Of a stretch of 64,000 nucleotides of DNA, positions 59,101 to 64,000 are shown in pieces; position 1 is the stretch's first letter, and each line of letters begins with the position of its first letter. The notes below the pieces were generated by a model. It ran no database searches. It was not told the origin of the DNA and was given only the letters and a program-made list of their open reading frames with translations. Both the position numbers and the translations under genes were made by a program. This DNA comes from Macrostomum lignano (taxonomy: Eukaryota), in NCBI GenBank assembly GCA_002269645.1, contig NIVC01000244.1, forward strand, positions 488,468-552,467. Direction: 5' to 3'.

Positions 59101-59688
59101 AGGTTATAGTACTATTATCTACTACAAGTTTCACTGCTGGCCCTGTTTCCTTATTTAGCAATTCACGAAAGATCCGGCTTCATCTCTCCTCCCCGCTGCC
59201 GCCAAAATTAGGTGGCTCTATGCGGCCTCAGCCTGCCCGAGCTGAGCACGCTAAAAACGGCCTGCCTACTCCTGGTTGAGTTCATCACCCACTGCGACAG
59301 GTACAATGGCCAATCCGTACTAATGGACCATATGCGCGCCCTTTGCCATCGAATAGTTCGAGCAATCGGCGGCGACTCGCCCAGATTCGCTGTCGACCAC
59401 CTGGCCACCGTCCTGCTCTGCCTGGTGCGCAGCTTCCCGGCCGAGGCGCGCCGCTGCCTGTCCGAGCTGCTGGCCGGGCCGGACTATCCGACTCCTCGCG
59501 TCACCGAGGCCGAGAAGTCCGCCTTCCTTAACGGCATCATTCGGCATCGCGGCAGTAAGAAAATGGTCAAGCAGGAGATTCTCAATTTTGGCTTGCGATG
59601 CCGCGGGCTGTACGGGACGCAGTACGCGTTGGAGACAGCCAACTCTATGGCCATGATGTCCGGAGATGCCGGCGGCTGGCCCAAATAG
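53189..59688 (+). CDS. IPO13: Importin-13; exons 53189-53881, 55205-55624, 56813-57343, 57882-58802, 59212-59688 (1013 aa)
   Basis: ANQWLMSAQIS..WEFSWKFLQHDK..VQFFGA, SKLCIAVAHLAFYMSPDHWP, EQVSDSALYFWYLLQD, FRCYREDIGDT and GLSLPELSTLKTAC..FI match IPO13. All exons are phase 0 with GT-AG. Confidence 0.92.
54094..54482. repeat. 59-bp intronic minisatellite, about 6.5 copies
   Basis: GATGACCCTG starts at 54097 and 54156. Confidence 0.97.
57435..57560. repeat. 46-bp repeat, about 3 copies
   Basis: GTCACAATCACAGAGATG starts at 57435, 57481 and 57527. Confidence 0.9.
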
Positions 59689-59869
59689 TGTCCGAGATAT
59701 GCCTCTCCTCTCTGTATTTAAACTCATTAATTAATCTTCTAATGTTTGGAATCTTTTATTACTAATTGGATGACGAGGTTGTTTTATTACTATATAAATC
59801 ATGGTTACTCTCGCCGTCTACCTGATCGGTCTACATTTTTATCTACTGTACTGAAATTTAAAGTGAATA

Positions 59870-60306
59870 ATTGGATACTAAAATAACTTGATGGGCCACT
59901 CAGGCACATATGCTAAGTAAAACAGCTTTCTACTTACAGTTCAGTAGCAAAGAAGAATACATAAGCTATTTCATAAAAATAAAGGCAGCTGAAATGACTT
60001 TGATAAGTTTAGAAGCCCAAAGCTTGCAGGCGTAAACAGCTTGCTAATTGGTTCAGCAATAATGTACATTAGCCAGTCCACTGAAATGTACATGGCAGCT
60101 TTAGGCTAGAATTCCGAGAGAAAGGCAATAAAAATTGAGGAAGTGTGGAAAGGCGCGGTTGGGGGCTTAGCGGGGGGGGTAAGAGCCAATAAATGAGCCT
60201 TGGATTTAAAAATACATTAAAATGCTTCTGTCTAACCTACTACTGAACTGAAAGTAGCTTACACGCAAATGTGCTGAGTGGCCCATCTAGTTTTTCTAGT
60301 ATCTGT
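59870..60306. mobile_element. MITE with ~70-bp imperfect TIRs
   Basis: Left GATACTAAAATAACTTGATGGGCCACTCAG..CAGTTCAGTAG is the reverse complement of right CTACTGAACTG..CTGAGTGGCCCATCTAGTTTTTTCTAGTATC. Confidence 0.8.
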
Positions 60307-61081
60307 TGATAGCACAAGGCATTCTAAATATTAATAAAGCCCATATACTCGTATGACCACGTAGACCAGAAAGCAACAGTCTTAATGTGCAGAGTTGATT
60401 GATCAGCAATACTGCAAATTAATAGTCCATTTTAGTAAAAAAGTTTTAGATAAAGTTTCAATTAAACTTTTTAAATTTTCGCATGATACAATGGGATTAA
60501 AGTCTGGAGAATTTGCCGGTATTATGCCTTCAAAACTGTATTGTGAAGCGTTTTTAGATGGTAACAAAAATATTCTACGCTGCTAATAACATCATATAAG
60601 TGTTGTTTCTATGGTAAACATGTGTTGCTAGGCCGGGTTCAGGCTCGCTAAATCGTGTACAGCCTATTTCTTTTGTAGACAACTATAGCCTACTCATAGT
60701 AGGCTCTGTGAATCGCAAGTTAAACTTATTGCATTCTCATTATCATATAAGGAACTGTGCGATAACTATATGATATAGTGTTCATTTTTTGGCTTTTGAA
60801 TTCCAATTTCACCGACCGCTAACTGTCTTTTCTGTTTGTTTGCTGATCGTTCTGAAAATGGATTTATCTGCACTGTTCATTGCTATTCATTTTTGCTTGA
60901 ATACGTTAAATATATTATTTTTTATGTGCATAGGGTGTAAAGATGCTAGCATTTGCATCACCATAAAAAATTACAGCTTTTACTAACCAATATGAAATGT
61001 CAATTTAACTAGCAGGAGCAGCTTAAATTGTCCATTTATTAATTTCAGTTTCCATCTTTTTATCTGGATTATGCATTTACT

Positions 61082-61922
61082 CATCAATCCCATCACCAGC
61101 CCCTCATCAATCCCATCACCAGCCCCTCATCAATCCCACCATCAGCCCCTCATCAATCCCACCATCAGCCCCTCATCAATCCCATCACCAGCCCCTCATC
61201 AATCCCATCACCAGCCCCTCATCAATCCCATCACCAGCCCCTCATCAATCCCATCACCAGCCCCTCATCAATCCCATCACCAGCCCCTCATCAATCCCAT
61301 CACCAGCCCCTCATCAATCCCATCACCAGCCCCTCATCAATCCCATCACCAGCCCCTCATCAATCCCATCACCAGCCCCTCATCAATCCCACCATCAGCC
61401 CCTCATCAATCCCACCACGAGCCCCTCATCAATCCCACCACCAGCCACTCATCAATCCCACCATCAGCCCCTCATCAATCCCATCACCAGCCCCTCATCA
61501 ATCCCATCACCAGCCCCTCATCAATCCATCACCAGCCCTCATCAATCCATCACCAGCCCCTCATCAATCCCATCACCAGCCCCTCATCAATCCCATCACC
61601 AGCCCCTCATCAATCCCACCATCAGCCCCTCATCAATCCCACCATCAGCCCTACATCAATCCCACCACGAGCCCCTCATCAATCCCACCAACAGCCCCTC
61701 ATCAATCCCATCACCAGCCTCTCATCAATCCAATCACCAGTCCCTCATCGATCCCATCACCAGCCTCTCATCAATCCCATCACCAGCCTCTCATCAATCC
61801 CATCACCAGTCCCTCATCGATCCATCACCAGCCCCTCATCAATCCCATCACCAGCCTCTCATCAATCCCATCACCAGCCTCTCATCAATCCCATCACCAG
61901 TCCCTCATCGATCCCATCAGTC
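61082..61922. repeat. 23-bp pyrimidine-rich minisatellite (CATCACCAGCCCCTCATCAATCC)
   Basis: About 36 tandem units ending just before a splice acceptor. Confidence 0.97.
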
Positions 61923-61942
61923 CCAATCCCGCCCTATTCCAG

Positions 61943-63444
61943 CCGCGCAAGCAACGCGACAGTCGCGGCCGTCAGCTGGAGCGGCTGCTCCGTCTGGCTC
62001 AGCAGGGCGATTTCGACGCCTTCGTCGTTGAGGATCGAGTTGCCGGCGAATCCACCGAAGCTGACAGCTGCCAGTCCGCCTGGTGGCTGTCGGAGCACCA
62101 TCCCGGATCCGGCGACACCGTCGTTACCCTGTCTGGCCGGTCGGACAGTGTCCGGTTGCTTGACTACCTGCTGGCCAGGGCGCCGACTTTGCCGGACAGT
62201 CGAATTTTGACGGCAAACGGGCGCTACACGAAGCGGCGCAGGCCGACGCCCTGGCCGCCGCTGATTGGCTGCTACGGGTTGCCAGGTGCTGCTTGTTGAG
62301 CATTGTTGAATTAAGGGTGAAAATTGACTCTAAATTAGAGCGGGACAAAATACATGTACCAGTTGTTCGATTCCTTTCTCAGGCCGCATTCATTTGGGGC
62401 TTGCGCACGTAAATCGGCCTGGGTTGCCTGTGATTCACACAGTGTGTACATTACGTGCTTGACGATGTGCACCTGTGTGAGCGCGTGTGCGTGCTCGGGG
62501 TCAGTGAACCTTATTCGCCGGTCAGTCACTGAGGACTCCCTATGGATCACTCCTGTCATCGATCAGTGCCACTCAGCGATTGAAGCCATGTTAATTGAGT
62601 TCGAATCTCACTTTCGGACACAAATGTTAGAGAATCTTACTAACCAGACACATCCCACCTACCCGCGTGCCGCAGGGTGCCAGTTGACCCGTTAAAACGG
62701 GCCGACTGGACTCCGCTGATGCTGGCCAGCGCCAAGCCGTTTGAGCCGATGCTGCGCCTGCTGCTGTCGCACGGGGCCCGGCCCGGCCTGGTCAATAAGG
62801 ACGGCTGGACACCGCTGCACCTGGCCTGCCGTGTCGGCCAGCCCGCCTGCGTTCGGCTCTCTGCTGGCCGCCGATCCCGGACAGGCTGATCGGCCGCTCG
62901 CAACGGTCGGACCCGGCACACACTCTGGCTCTGCACGGACACGCCGGCCTACTGTCCGAGCTGCTGTCCGGCCGGCCGGAGCTGGCCAACGCAGCCGACT
63001 CGTGCGGCTGCACCCGCGGCTATGGAGGCCTGCAAAGCCGGCAGCCTGGCCTGTCTGCGCGTCATTCTTGACATTGTCGGCGGAGTTGGCGCCGATCGCT
63101 GGGATTCGGCCGGTTACACCTGCCTGCATCACGCGGCGCGTTTGTGGCCAAACCGAGCTGTGCCGCTACCTGCTGAGGTTGCTTCCTGACGCCGGCGCTG
63201 CGGACTCGACTGGCGGCACCCCGATCGGGTGACGCCGCTGCAGCTGGCCTGTCGCGAGGGCCAGTCAGAGCTAGTGCAGCTGCTGCTCCTGCCGCGGTCG
63301 GAGGGCGGCGGAGGCGCCGATCCGAGCCAGCTGGACGCCAGGGGCCGCTCGGCCGAGGACTACGCCAGGCTGAGCAGCGGCTCCGAGGAGTGTCGAGCAG
63401 TGGTGGCCGAGGCGCTGCGGAGACTGCGGCAACCGCAGGATTAG
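61943..63444 (+). CDS. ANKRD16: ANKRD16 orthologue; exons 61943-62285 and 62676-63444, with about 7 single-base indels
   Basis: LERLLRLAQQGD, GDT, NFDGKRALHEAA, VDPLKRADWTPLMLA, NKDGWTPLHLACR, DSCGCT and TPLQLACREGQ match ANKRD16 in order. The indels may be consensus errors or pseudogenisation. Confidence 0.82.
62370..62480 (+). mobile_element. SINE family B fragment in the ANKRD16 intron
   Basis: GGCCGCATTCATTTGGGGCTTG matches the copy at 13175. Confidence 0.55.
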
Positions 63445-63924
63445 AATTGATTGCTCTCTCCATTGTGTGTTCTCATGCTCTCCAACCCTTGAACTTCTAA
63501 CATGAAAGTTCACATAAGTTAAGCATGGCTGGCCGCGGTTAGTACGCAGCTTAAACTTCCATTTTATTCTGCTGCGATAGTGTAATAATGTTTATTTTCA
63601 GTAGCATTTTTGAGCAAAAAAATGACTAGTAGGTCATCTAATTGTACAAAAATTAGTTCAGTTTACGAATAAAAATAATATTCATCTGTCATTTTGTGTG
63701 ATTAACTCTTACGTAAATGTTGTTGTTAATAAACCTTTATTAAAAATCCGTCTGTGTATGCCTTCATATCATGCCGCATTTCGTCTACTAGAGTGTAGTT
63801 ATTAAATATTGATGTATGAATAGCCATGCAATTTTCGCCTTGTTGCAGTAACTGTCTCTTCTGTGCTAATCTTTTCATTTATCAGTAGCCTGTTATCAGT
63901 CATCATAGGTTTGCTGAGTACCTA

Positions 63925-64000
63925 ATCAATGCAGGAGGGCTGCGGGAACTCTGGTGCAACGCCTTCGGCGACAACGTCTGCCCATTCCGCTGACTCCTGA
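63925..64000 (-). mobile_element. SINE family B 3' tail, runs off the window end
   Basis: TGCAGGAGGG...GCCCATTCCGCTGACTCCTGA. Confidence 0.6.

Noticed and set aside
61071-62210. 379-aa Pro/His/Ser-rich ORF
   Set aside because: A 23-bp satellite read into the wrong frame of ANKRD16 exon 1.

Overview
Eukaryotic, repeat-rich animal DNA. It is not prokaryotic: GT-AG introns are present, and there is no CRISPR array, rRNA gene or true tRNA gene. GC-rich exons with poly-Q/A runs, dense mini/microsatellites and SINEs suggest a free-living flatworm such as Macrostomum (inference). Host genes: an intronless KChIP-like calcium sensor, an orphan 152-aa ORF, a secreted fibrinogen-domain gene split by one TAA, a disabled SLC17 transporter, a 3-exon single-pass membrane protein, an intact FIRRM/C1orf112 orthologue (12 in-phase exons), an intact importin-13 (5 exons) and an ANKRD16 orthologue with many single-base indels and no ATG of its own. 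Mobile DNA: an intact mariner, a 5'-truncated LOA-like LINE with a 13-bp TSD, a deleted and rearranged Mag-like gypsy element inside a 5-bp TSD, a Tc1 relic, a CORE-SINE family, a second tRNA-SINE family whose tail matches the LINE 3' end, MITEs and about 20 different tandem arrays. Best leads: the SINE-LINE tail partnership, a start codon possibly supplied by the spliced leader for ANKRD16, the extra PBS-gag-LTR-end module within the gypsy TSD, two transposons inserted about 45 bp apart in one reconstructable ORF, and hairpin/telomere-like-spacer elements that seed satellites. All homology calls come from motif recognition, not database searches. Scattered single-base indels may be assembly errors.
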